A stretch of 43,082 nt of DNA from Promethearchaeota archaeon (GTDB lineage Archaea; Asgardarchaeota; Lokiarchaeia; Sigyniarchaeales; SOKP01). Shown here one piece after another: positions 28,505-38,153 of this stretch (the stretch's first letter is position 1; the number at the start of each line of letters is the position of its first letter). The notes under the pieces are model-generated. The model was not told the DNA's origin. It ran no database searches and saw nothing but the letters and a program-made list of their open reading frames with translations. The stretch lies in NCBI GenBank assembly GCA_048938025.1, contig JBHLMP010000033.1, forward strand, positions 1 through 43,082, given 5' to 3'. The position numbers and the translations under genes were made by a program.

Positions 28505-31456
28505 TTGACAAGCCTAACATTAGATACAAAAAAAATTGAAAGCCTAATTTTAAAAGGTCTTTATGAAAAAGCAGCTGAAGAAATATTTAATTTAATAGAT
28601 AATTATCAAATTCATCATGATAAAGAACTAATATATAAGAGCCTTAGTTTATTAAATCTAATTTGTGATAAATCTCCTTCTATTTCTTTAAGAACCGTTA
28701 AAACCATTGCTATATTTATTAATGAAATTGATTCTTGGATTAGATTAGTATCTTTAGAGATATTATATCAAGTTAGCATGTTTAGACCTAATCTATTAAT
28801 TGATTTAATTGATAGAATAAGAGCACGTTTATATGATCAGGAACCTTCTGTAAGAAGATTAACTGTAAGGATCATTGGAAATTTAATTCTTTCCTTGCAT
28901 ATAGATATAGAAGAATTACAAGATATTATTGAAGAATACACTGAAAAATTGATGGATAATGATTGGAAAGTAAAATTAAATGTAATTAAAACCATTCAAA
29001 GAATCCTAAATCAAGATTATAAAAAAATTAGAGATTTAGAACCATTATTATCAATGGTTATAGTAAATCTAAGGGATGAAGATGATGATGTAGCAAGAGC
29101 AGCTGCTGAACTGTTAAAGATTCATGGGTCATATTTTCTTTCTAAGGAAAAATTATTTTATGTTCTTTTAAATCTTCTATATAATGAACAAAATAGAGTT
29201 AAAGAATTAATCATATGGTTATTTGGAGAAATTGGAAAAGAAAAATCATCAGAAATTATTTCAATTATTCCCAAATTAATAAATCTATTAAAAGAAGAAG
29301 ATTATCGTATTGAATTAAAAGTAATTGAAGCACTAGTCAACATAGCAGAAAATAATTTTGATCAAATCTGGGCAAATTTAATAGATTTATTGTTGAATTC
29401 AAGCAATTCTGATTATAGAAACTCATTAATAAATGCAATATATCATTTAAGTCAAAATAATATTAATATTATTTTTCCTTATTTATTTGAGGAATTAGAG
29501 AACCCATCTGAAAATATAAGAGAAGGAATTGCTTTAGTGTTTAAACGATTATTTGAAGAGTACCAAATAGAAATAGAAAATGAAATAACGAAAATGTTAT
29601 ATAATTTAGAATCACGATATTGGAGAGAAAGAGAAAAGACGATACTATTACTTCAGAATATCTGTTTCATATTAAAAAGTAAAAAAATTGCTGTTTGGGT
29701 TACTATTGAATTAGAAAGAGCTTTAAAATATGAAAAAGATCCTGAGGTAAAAGATGAAATAATTTATGCTTTAGAAAATATCAGGAAAAACTTTAGCGAT
29801 ATTGGTACAACTATTCAAAAAATCAATCATGAATTAATATTCTTTCATAAAAAAATTAAGAGTTTTCAAAGAATTCCCGCTCAATTTAGAGAAAAATTAA
29901 ATTCTTATATAAATAATTTCAAATTTAATGATACTGAAATTCAGTTAAATAAGAAATACAGGAGAATTTTAAAAAAAATAAAGAAATTTCATAAAACAAT
30001 TAATAAATTTGAATATAAAAGATTAGCTTTTGATTTAATTGAAGAATGGGAAGAAACTAAAGTTCAAATTATAGAAGAACTAAGTATAATAAAAAATTTT
30101 ATATCTGAAATATGTGAAGAAAAAAAAGCTGAATTTATTACAGATCTAAAATCAAAAATTAAGTTGCTAGAGGACCGTATCGTGGTTTTAAAAACACAAT
30201 TTGATTATATTAAAAATTATGAATTTCGTTTAAATTTAGATGCTTCCATATCAAATATTAAACTAAGTAATGAAGAAAATGAAAGATTCACAGATATTAC
30301 ACAAATAAGAAAAAGTTTATTTAAACTGGACAGTGATATAAGAGAGATTTTAGTAAACAACGTAGAATTCAACGAAATATTTAAAGATTTATTAAGAAAA
30401 TGGGTTGAAACAAAAATTGAAATACAAGAATATTTAAGCGATTTAGATCGGCAAATTAAGCAAATGAAAGATAAAATTATAAATTATTTTTTGCATATTG
30501 AATCAGTCAGTGATATTGCTGAAGAAGAAAGAATTAATGGAATAAGTAGTGAACTTGGGTTTCAGCTTCTTCAAGGACATATACATTCTATCATTTCTCA
30601 AGGAATTGAAGGTTTCAAGAAGATTAATGATAATTTTTCTAAATTGAACTTTAAATTAGAATTTTTAATTAAAAAAGGTGAATTTTCAGATGCTAAGAAG
30701 TTAATTGAGATGAATTCTTCTCAAGTTCAAAATTTTATAGAAGAAAGTGAAAAACAGATCGAAAATATTGTAGGTAAGGAAAAAATTTTTGAAGACAATA
30801 ATGTGTTTAATTTGTACGTTAGACCGTATATCAACAAATTTAATGCTTCAAAAGAATTACTCATAAACAAATTAAAAAATTTTATTGAAAGAAGTAACAA
30901 CAAATTATATCTTAATCAGATTAAACATTATTTGAAAATTATAAACCCTATTAAATTAGACTTACTGTCTTCATATGTAGGATTGGAGATAGAGAAATTA
31001 AAAGAATTATTACTAAAATTTATTAACAAAAATAAAATTAATGCAAATATTATAAATGATGAACTTTATTCACAGCAAATTGAGGCGGATATAGCTTCCT
31101 CTATTGAACTTCTCTTTTTCAAAAATATTAAAACTATTGGAAATAAAATTTATTTAAATTTCAAGTTAACCAATCCTTCAAATTTTGACTTTCAAGATTT
31201 ACAATTATCATTAAAAGTTCCTTCTTATATAGATTTCCAGAAAAAAGAAAGCTTTCCTAAATTTCTCCAATTAAATCAATTAAACCCTGGAAAAGTTTTC
31301 AAATTTAATTATGTGTTAAAAGTTGATAAACAAAAAGAACAAAAGAAGAATTTGTTCGATCCCACAGCTGATGAGATTAAATTGGATTTATACTACAAGG
31401 ATCAATTTAATATAACAAGAAAAACGACAAAAAATATTGATCTTTTATTGCATTAA
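28505..31456 (+). CDS. HEAT-repeat protein with coiled coil, PCI-like winged helix and C-terminal Ig-like domain
   Basis: HEAT motifs LYDQEPSVRR, LMDNDWKVK, LRDEDDDVAR; IKLDLLSSYVGLEIEKLKELLLKFINKNKINANI; beta-rich C-terminus. Confidence 0.8.
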   Translation: MTSLTLDTKKIESLILKGLYEKAAEEIFNLIDNYQIHHDKELIYKSLSLLNLICDKSPSISLRTVKTIAIFINEIDSWIRLVSLEILYQVSMFRPNLLIDLIDRIRARLYDQEPSVRRLTVRIIGNLILSLHIDIEELQDIIEEYTEKLMDNDWKVKLNVIKTIQRILNQDYKKIRDLEPLLSMVIVNLRDEDDDVARAAAELLKIHGSYFLSKEKLFYVLLNLLYNEQNRVKELIIWLFGEIGKEKSSEIISIIPKLINLLKEEDYRIELKVIEALVNIAENNFDQIWANLIDLLLNSSNSDYRNSLINAIYHLSQNNINIIFPYLFEELENPSENIREGIALVFKRLFEEYQIEIENEITKMLYNLESRYWREREKTILLLQNICFILKSKKIAVWVTIELERALKYEKDPEVKDEIIYALENIRKNFSDIGTTIQKINHELIFFHKKIKSFQRIPAQFREKLNSYINNFKFNDTEIQLNKKYRRILKKIKKFHKTINKFEYKRLAFDLIEEWEETKVQIIEELSIIKNFISEICEEKKAEFITDLKSKIKLLEDRIVVLKTQFDYIKNYEFRLNLDASISNIKLSNEENERFTDITQIRKSLFKLDSDIREILVNNVEFNEIFKDLLRKWVETKIEIQEYLSDLDRQIKQMKDKIINYFLHIESVSDIAEEERINGISSELGFQLLQGHIHSIISQGIEGFKKINDNFSKLNFKLEFLIKKGEFSDAKKLIEMNSSQVQNFIEESEKQIENIVGKEKIFEDNNVFNLYVRPYINKFNASKELLINKLKNFIERSNNKLYLNQIKHYLKIINPIKLDLLSSYVGLEIEKLKELLLKFINKNKINANIINDELYSQQIEADIASSIELLFFKNIKTIGNKIYLNFKLTNPSNFDFQDLQLSLKVPSYIDFQKKESFPKFLQLNQLNPGKVFKFNYVLKVDKQKEQKKNLFDPTADEIKLDLYYKDQFNITRKTTKNIDLLLH

Positions 31457-31544
31457 TAATAATTTATATCAAAAATATAGCAAAATATAACTATTTTTAA
31501 CTATATCTATCGAAGAATTTAATATTTATTACGAAAATATTAAT

Positions 31545-31554
31545 ATATCGATAT
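31545..31554. promoter_or_regulatory. Palindrome ATATCGATAT upstream of selD1
   Basis: Same palindrome upstream of selD2. Confidence 0.4.
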
Positions 31555-31617
31555 TTCTCTTTGGTACTAACTAGATTAAGGTTTAAAAAATGTATAATAA
31601 CTAATTTGAGGTGAAAA

Positions 31618-32646
31618 ATGCAAGAATTAGAGCGTTATAGACTAACGCAACAGGTTAAATTGTTCGGTTGAAACTGTAAACTAAACGCCAAGAAACTAGA
31701 CACACTTCTTGAGGGGACTGGCTTAAAAGGAGAAATAGAAGACTCTGCGATTATCCCTGTTCCCAATACGGATTTAGTCATGGTTAAAAATATTGACATA
31801 TTCACGCCTATACTTGATGAGCCTGATATTATGGGAGAAATCGCTGCCGCTAATGTAACTAACGATGTATTTGCTCTAAATGTTCCTATTATATCGGGAA
31901 TGTTGGTTTTTCTAGCAATAAACACAAAAACCCCCCTAGAAATCGCTGAAGGCCTATTAAAGGGGATAAAAAGGTTTATGGAACAAAAATTAAATTCTAA
32001 AGTCCTTGGTGGTCATACTATCTATGCTCAATGGCCATTAATTGGTGGCGAAGCAAGTGGTATTGTGAAAAAAGCTCATATTATTAAGAAAAATTATGTG
32101 AAACTCGGAGATGAAATAATACTGACAAAACCTATTGGAAATCAATCTGTAATGGCGGCTTATAGATTACAAAAAAATAGACCTGATCTCCTAGAACATT
32201 ATTCTAATAGTGAAATCGATACTGCAATTGAACTCGCAGTAGAACTAATGATAGAACCTTTACAAGATGTTGTGAAAACGATACATACTTATTCCGATTT
32301 CTCATTTGTCCACTCTATGACTGATGTAAGTGGATTTGGTTTAGCTGGGCACCTAAAGGAGATGCTTCAGAACTCTCATTTATCAGCAATAATAAAAAAA
32401 ATACCTTATATACGATTAGCAAAAGAGTTAGCATATGATTTTGGTTATAAATTCGATGCGTGCTTAATGCCAGAGACTGCTGGAGGAATGCTCCTCTCGG
32501 TTGATCATGAATACGCAGAAGAGTTTTCAGATAGACTGGCTCTTAATGGAGTTAAAAATTGGATTGTTGGAGAAATCGATAAAATAAAGCCAAAACTCGT
32601 TAGAGTTTCCGAGAATGTAGAACATGTTGAAATACAAAAAATTTAA
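31618..32646 (+). CDS. selD: Selenophosphate synthetase, selenoprotein (UGA=Sec at 31669-31671)
   Basis: GAGGTGA RBS, MQELERYRLTQQVKLFG-U-NCKL in frame with ORF 31780; DIFTP, NDVFA, GGHT, LTKPIG, TDVSGFGLAGHL, ETAGG; SECIS downstream. Confidence 0.93.
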
Positions 32647-32718
32647 TGATGTCGATGAAATAAACTAAAACATATTATTGTGGTTGTTTATTGAGAATTC
32701 TGTTGCGAAACAGCATCA
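32647..32718 (+). ncRNA. Eukaryote-type SECIS element of selD1
   Basis: TGATG/CATCA outer helix; AUGA 32655; AATAAAC/GTTTATT; AAA; CATA/TGTG minihelix; GA 32693; CTGTT-GCGA-AACAG hairpin. Confidence 0.88.
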
Positions 32719-32850
32719 ATAAAAATCGAATAGTTTTAAGTTTTTTTTGTTTTAGAATTTATGATTTGGAATAAATATAATTGAGTTGGTTTTTTTATAT
32801 TTTAGATCAATAACATATTCTCTGATAAGGAATAATATTATTTATCGAAA

Positions 32851-32860
32851 ATATCGATAT
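32851..32860. promoter_or_regulatory. Palindrome ATATCGATAT upstream of selD2
   Basis: Overlaps TATCGA-N5-TCGATA (32843-32859). Confidence 0.4.
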
Positions 32861-32951
32861 ATAAAATCTAAAATTTTAATAAATAATATAAATTCACATT
32901 ATTATTAAATTATTAATAGGATTAGAAAAACTAGTAAACGTGAGGTGAAAT

Positions 32952-33980
32952 ATGAAAAAAGAGCCAGAATATAGATTAACAAAGGCTGTCAAAATCTTTG
33001 GATGATCCTGTAAAATGAGTTCTAATGATTTAGTGGATCTACTAAAGAAAACGGGTTTGAGTGGAGAATTTGAAGATGCTGCGATAATACCAATTCCTAA
33101 ATCTGATATGGTAATGGTTAAAAATATCGATATTTTTACTCCTATTGTTGACGAACCAGAAATTATGGGAGAAATCGCTGCTTGTAACGTCACTAATGAT
33201 GTGTATGCGATGAATGTTCCTGAAATTTCTGGAATGTTAGTTTTCTTAGGAATAAACACTAATACTCCTATGGAAATTGCTGAAGGATTACTTAAAGGAA
33301 TAAGCAATTTTATACACAAAAAAATATATTCCAAAGTTGTAGGTGGTCATACAATATACAGTGAATGGCCCTTAATAGGAGGTACTGCCACTGGATTTGT
33401 TGAAAGAAATGCTATTATACATAAATATGGAGTAAAGAGAGGAGATAATCTTATATTGACAAAACCAATAGGATTACAACCTGTAATGGCTGCCTATAGG
33501 TTACTAAAGGATATTCCTGAAATGTTAGAAAGTTATTCTGAAAAGCAACTTAGGAAATCAATTAAACTTGCTATTAAGATTATGACTACATCAAATCAGA
33601 ATGTTGTAAAAACAATTCACTCATATAAAGATTTTTCATTTATCCATGCGATGACTGATGTGACTGGATTTGGTCTTGCTGGTCATTTATTAGAAATGCT
33701 TCAAAATTCTAATTTATCTGCGGTTATTGAAACTATTCCATCAATAAAACTTTCAGAACGTTTATCTATTGATTTAGGTTATGCTTTCGATGAATGTAAA
33801 TGTTCTGAGACTGCGGGTGGTATGCTAATGGCTGTTGATCCACATTATACTGAAGAATTTTCTAATACTCTTTCTAGCAATGGTATTTCGAATTGGATTG
33901 TAGGAAAAATAGATACAGTTGCTCCTGGGCTAGTTAGGATTTCACAAAATATTGAAAATATTGAAATTTCTAAATATTAA
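32952..33980 (+). CDS. selD: Selenophosphate synthetase paralogue, selenoprotein (UGA=Sec at 33003-33005)
   Basis: GAGGTGA RBS, MKKEPEYRLTKAVKIFG-U-SCKM in frame with ORF 33015; same SelD motifs; SECIS downstream. Confidence 0.93.
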
Positions 33981-34052
33981 TGATGTTGATGAAATAGGCT
34001 GAAACACAATTAGTGGTTGCTTATTGAGAGTTCCACATGCAAAGTGGCATCA
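33981..34052 (+). ncRNA. Eukaryote-type SECIS element of selD2
   Basis: TGATG/CATCA; AUGA 33989; AATAGGC/GCTTATT; AAA; CAC/GTG; GA 34026; CCAC-AT-GCAA-A-GTGG hairpin. Confidence 0.88.
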
Positions 34053-34064
34053 AATTTAATATTA

Positions 34065-34856
34065 TCATCTTTCTTTTATTTTACCTTTGAGTTTGAGAAC
34101 TATTTCTCTTAGTTCATTTAAGACTTTATCGACCAACTCCTCTCCATTCTCTATATTAAAAGCAGTAATTGACACCTCAACTTCAACTGATAAACCAATC
34201 CTTGGATGTGTTTTAATCCAAAGTTGAGGATATTTTTCTTCTAACTTATTCGTGTAAGCTGCAATTTGACTTTCTCCAATTCCAGAAAAAAGAAAACCTT
34301 TTTCTATAAATTTTCCTTTCTTCTGTTTTAAAATTGGGGTTATCACATTCCTAAACATTGCTTTCATTTCCGCAGGTACGCCAGGAAATATATAAATAAC
34401 TGTATTTTCTTCAGTAATCTTAACTCCAGGAGCTGTACCTACGGTGTTAGGTAAAGGAGTGGAACCCTGAGGGAGATAAGCCATTTTTTCCCTCTCTTTC
34501 GTCATCCCTTCAAGTTTTAACAGTCCTTTTTCATAAGCTCTATCGTAGGTTCTCTTAATAGATTTATATGCATATTGGTTCAACTCTAATTCTCTATTTA
34601 AACCTTTTGCGATTCCAGTTAAAGTCATATCGTCAAAAGTAGGTCCTATACCTCCTGTAGTTATAATTATATCTGGTTTACGTTTTAAAATATCTTGCAA
34701 TGTACTTGATATGATATTTACTTCATCCCCTATTGTTGTTATTCTTTTAATTTTATGACCAAATTTAGTAATCCTTTTCGCCATCCAATTAGAATTTGTG
34801 TCCTGGGTTTTTCCTATGAGGATTTCATTCCCTATCATTAGAAGTTCAATATTCAT
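34065..34856 (-). CDS. CinA-like molybdopterin-binding-domain protein
   Basis: IGNEILIG..QDTN, TTGGIGPTFDDMT, GTAPG, PGVPAEM. Confidence 0.88.
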   Translation of the reverse strand: MNIELLMIGNEILIGKTQDTNSNWMAKRITKFGHKIKRITTIGDEVNIISSTLQDILKRKPDIIITTGGIGPTFDDMTLTGIAKGLNRELELNQYAYKSIKRTYDRAYEKGLLKLEGMTKEREKMAYLPQGSTPLPNTVGTAPGVKITEENTVIYIFPGVPAEMKAMFRNVITPILKQKKGKFIEKGFLFSGIGESQIAAYTNKLEEKYPQLWIKTHPRIGLSVEVEVSITAFNIENGEELVDKVLNELREIVLKLKGKIKER

Positions 34857-35003
34857 AAATTTATCACAACAGAAAGACCTAAATCTAAATCATGAAATCA
34901 TACTACAAACATCATTTTTCATTCATCGAGGGTTAATTTATAAAATTTGATATTATATAAATCTTTTATACAATTAAATAAAGGAGACTGACAGACTTTA
35001 GTA

Positions 35004-35570
35004 ATGACTATAGAAATAGATGACTCTGGGACGGGAGATCTAGTAGGAGATGCTTTTATAGGTTTTCTAAGAAAAGAAACTGGGGAAATACTTTTAAAAA
35101 CTTTGTCTTTTGAATTATTTAAAGGAGATAATTGGAAAAACAAACTACCTTTTAAAATTGTAGTTGACTTAGTTAAAGAAGGGCTGAAAGAATTAAAGTT
35201 CAATAAAAACAACGAAATGATAAAAATTTGTAGGGGAAATATTTTTGATCAAGTAAGAGCTTATTTCATAGAAGAGGGAATAAATTATGAAAATTCTATA
35301 ATAGAAGGAAAATTACAGGATGCTGTAGAAAATAAATTTATTACTCATCTTAGAAATGACTTAGGAGTTAGATCTAGAAATTTAACAACTAAAAGTGGAG
35401 CAAAAAGATTTTTTATTCTATTTAATTGGGTTTGTTATGATTTTTTTAACAGAGAAAAATATGTAAAGTCAGGTTTTAAGAAATGGAATACAGTATGGAG
35501 AGATCGAGCTATTGAAAAAAATAAAAAAATAAGAAATTCACAATATAGAATTAGCTCTAAATCGAAGTAG
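35004..35570 (+). CDS. Conserved archaeal protein with RNase H-like N-terminal motif
   Basis: IEIDDSGTGDLVG resembles RNase HII GxDExGxG; CRGNIF. Confidence 0.65.
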   Translation: MTIEIDDSGTGDLVGDAFIGFLRKETGEILLKTLSFELFKGDNWKNKLPFKIVVDLVKEGLKELKFNKNNEMIKICRGNIFDQVRAYFIEEGINYENSIIEGKLQDAVENKFITHLRNDLGVRSRNLTTKSGAKRFFILFNWVCYDFFNREKYVKSGFKKWNTVWRDRAIEKNKKIRNSQYRISSKSK

Positions 35571-35726
35571 AATTATTGAATTTAGGGACTATCACTTTTT
35601 AAGATTCAATAGCTTTTATATAACAATATTTAAATACTGGGATTTGATAATTAATAGTGATCAATAATTATCAGTTAATAATTTGTATCGTTGAAGAAAA
35701 AATAAAGTGGTGAATCTCCAATTAGC

Positions 35727-38054
35727 ATGCGAAATATGGAGTCTCCGCCTTCTAAAAAAAAATTTATCGGAGCTCTAATATTATTAGCTCTTGGGTTTGC
35801 TTTGATACCGACTGGTTTTCTGCTTAATGATTTTATTCAAACTGAAATTGATAAAGGTATTGCAAATGAAATTCGAATACCTGAACCAGATGACTCAAGT
35901 TATGATGAGTGGATATCAAATGATTATCCAAGTGCCATTCCTATGTACAGAAAATTTTATATGTGGAATTTAACTAATCCTAATGAGTTTCTTATGGGAA
36001 AGAAACCAGAGCTTGAAGAAGTTGGTCCTTATACTTTCCGGGAATATACAACAAAATATAATGTGAGTTATAGTGCCAAAATGGATGAGGTAACCTATAA
36101 ACAATACCCAACATATATATTTCAGCCTGATATGTCTGCTCCCTTATGTTCTCTTGATGATAATATTATAAACGTAAATCCTGCTTATTTAGGAGTTCTG
36201 GAATTAGCGGGAAATGAGGAAAATCTAATTAAAGCCATGTTTCCAACTGTTCTTTCAGAAGTAAAAACCCTATTTGGAGAAGAATTAACTGTAACTTTAG
36301 GAGAACTTTTAACTAATGATGGAATTTATAACATGCTCGTAGGGGCTTTGTCTGACATACTTAGCGATTTATTTTCTGGACTTCTTGGTGATGAGGCTAC
36401 AAACCTAACTGCTACATGGATAGTTGATTTTCTTACTACATACATCGTACCGTTAGAAGATCTGGTAGAATTTATGGATGATGCAATGCCTAGTGCTGAA
36501 GCAATTTTCTTTGCGGAATGGGCAAATGATTATTTTCCTGAAGTTCAAGTGGATTTATCTATTTTATTTAGACATATATTAGAAGTAATAAGCGATCTTG
36601 TTGATTTTATTATTGATCTCATTTTCTTTTGGGATGTTTTACACTTATTTGATGCTATTAAGGATGCTCTGCATGAAGAACTTATGAACATGTTTGAAGA
36701 GTTATTTACTGAATCTCCACTAGCAGAGTTAATTGGAGGACTCTTTGCTGATTTGATCCGAAGCCTGGGTGCTAAAATGGTTGATGAGGAAGGTAGCGAA
36801 ACGGGTGAAGGAGTTGATCTGGATGGTCGAGAACCCTATAATTTCCCAGGCCCAAGTTCTGATTTGAATATCATTAATCGTAGTGAAGCTGGTGAGTCTG
36901 GAGTCACTCAGGAGCAATGTCAGGCTCTTTGGGATCAGAACAACCCAAACTCACTTCTTGGTATGGATGTACAGGTTAATCCAATATGGTTTGAAGCATT
37001 AGCAGGAATTGAAGAAAGTAAAATATTCTTAATGAATGCATTTTGTTTAAATGAAACTCAACTAGATTTAATTTTGAATTGGATTGATACGAGTTTAAAT
37101 GGATGGCTCAAAAATATCTGTGAATATTCGATAAAAGATTGGAATAGCGGTTTACTTACTACTCGTACTGTCGAAGAATGGCTCTTCACAGCTGTGGATA
37201 ATTTAGTAAATATCCAAGATCCGAACGAAGCTAAAGTAGGAATTTTTGACAATTGTTTTTCTGAAGCTGAAGCAGAAGCTAAGGGTATGAAAAATTTCAC
37301 TATAAATACAGGTAAATATGATATTAATAAAGTCTGCGATACTGTTAAATATAACGGTGAGACAGTTATTGCTGTTTGGGAAGAAGATGAAATTGTTCGA
37401 GGTACAGCGGGTACTCAATTTGCCCCGAGGGTTTCAAAAAATAACCCTCTTTATGTTTTCATTACTGATTTATTAAGAACAGTAGAGATTATCTATACTG
37501 AAACTACGAGTATTTACGATATTGAATTATATAGGTTCGAAATATCAGAGGAGACCTTTAAAGTTAATCCAAAATACTACCAATCAATTGAAGGGGTAGC
37601 TAACATGACAGTTGATCAAGGAATTCCTGCTTTCTTAAGTAAACCTCATTTTCTTAATGCAAGTAGCTATATGAAAGAGGCTGTAAATGGTTTAAATCCC
37701 AATAAGCTACAACATGATACTTATCTTGATATTGAACCTTTAACGGGCGCTACAATGAATGCGGCTGAAAGAATACAAATTAATTTTTTGGTTAATCAAA
37801 CTGATATATGGTATAAAAATTGCTGGGAAGGCATAATGCCTATTCTTTGGCTTGAATTTGGTGGACAAATAACAGAAAATCTAGCAAATAAATTCAAAAA
37901 TTTGGTTTATACCGCTCAAAATCTAAGTGAAAATCTATTTTATAGCTGTATTGGTATTGGGGCTACCCTCATTATTCCTGGTGCGATTTTTACAACAACA
38001 CAGAATAGAAAGCGATTAAACGTTAAAAAACAAAAATTATCACAAACTGTTTAA
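35727..38054 (+). CDS. CD36/SCARB (LIMP-2/SR-B) family membrane protein with large helical insertion
   Basis: N- and C-terminal TMs; FYMWNLTNP.E...G.KP.LEEVGPYTFRE; NTG..DI; GT.GTQF.P; LSKPHFL; GL.P...H.TYLDIEPLTG....A..RIQIN. Confidence 0.88.
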   Translation: MRNMESPPSKKKFIGALILLALGFALIPTGFLLNDFIQTEIDKGIANEIRIPEPDDSSYDEWISNDYPSAIPMYRKFYMWNLTNPNEFLMGKKPELEEVGPYTFREYTTKYNVSYSAKMDEVTYKQYPTYIFQPDMSAPLCSLDDNIINVNPAYLGVLELAGNEENLIKAMFPTVLSEVKTLFGEELTVTLGELLTNDGIYNMLVGALSDILSDLFSGLLGDEATNLTATWIVDFLTTYIVPLEDLVEFMDDAMPSAEAIFFAEWANDYFPEVQVDLSILFRHILEVISDLVDFIIDLIFFWDVLHLFDAIKDALHEELMNMFEELFTESPLAELIGGLFADLIRSLGAKMVDEEGSETGEGVDLDGREPYNFPGPSSDLNIINRSEAGESGVTQEQCQALWDQNNPNSLLGMDVQVNPIWFEALAGIEESKIFLMNAFCLNETQLDLILNWIDTSLNGWLKNICEYSIKDWNSGLLTTRTVEEWLFTAVDNLVNIQDPNEAKVGIFDNCFSEAEAEAKGMKNFTINTGKYDINKVCDTVKYNGETVIAVWEEDEIVRGTAGTQFAPRVSKNNPLYVFITDLLRTVEIIYTETTSIYDIELYRFEISEETFKVNPKYYQSIEGVANMTVDQGIPAFLSKPHFLNASSYMKEAVNGLNPNKLQHDTYLDIEPLTGATMNAAERIQINFLVNQTDIWYKNCWEGIMPILWLEFGGQITENLANKFKNLVYTAQNLSENLFYSCIGIGATLIIPGAIFTTTQNRKRLNVKKQKLSQTV

Positions 38055-38153
38055 TCATATTTATATTCCATCTAACAAAGATTAATATATAGATGTTGTT
38101 TTTGAAAGGTAATGAAATATAACTGAACAATTCTTAATAGGTGTATAGTTCTT

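Noticed and set aside
31618-33980. selD genes as nonsense pseudogenes or starting at 31780/33015
   Set aside because: TGA is at the same catalytic position in both, with RBS-linked upstream starts and SECIS elements.
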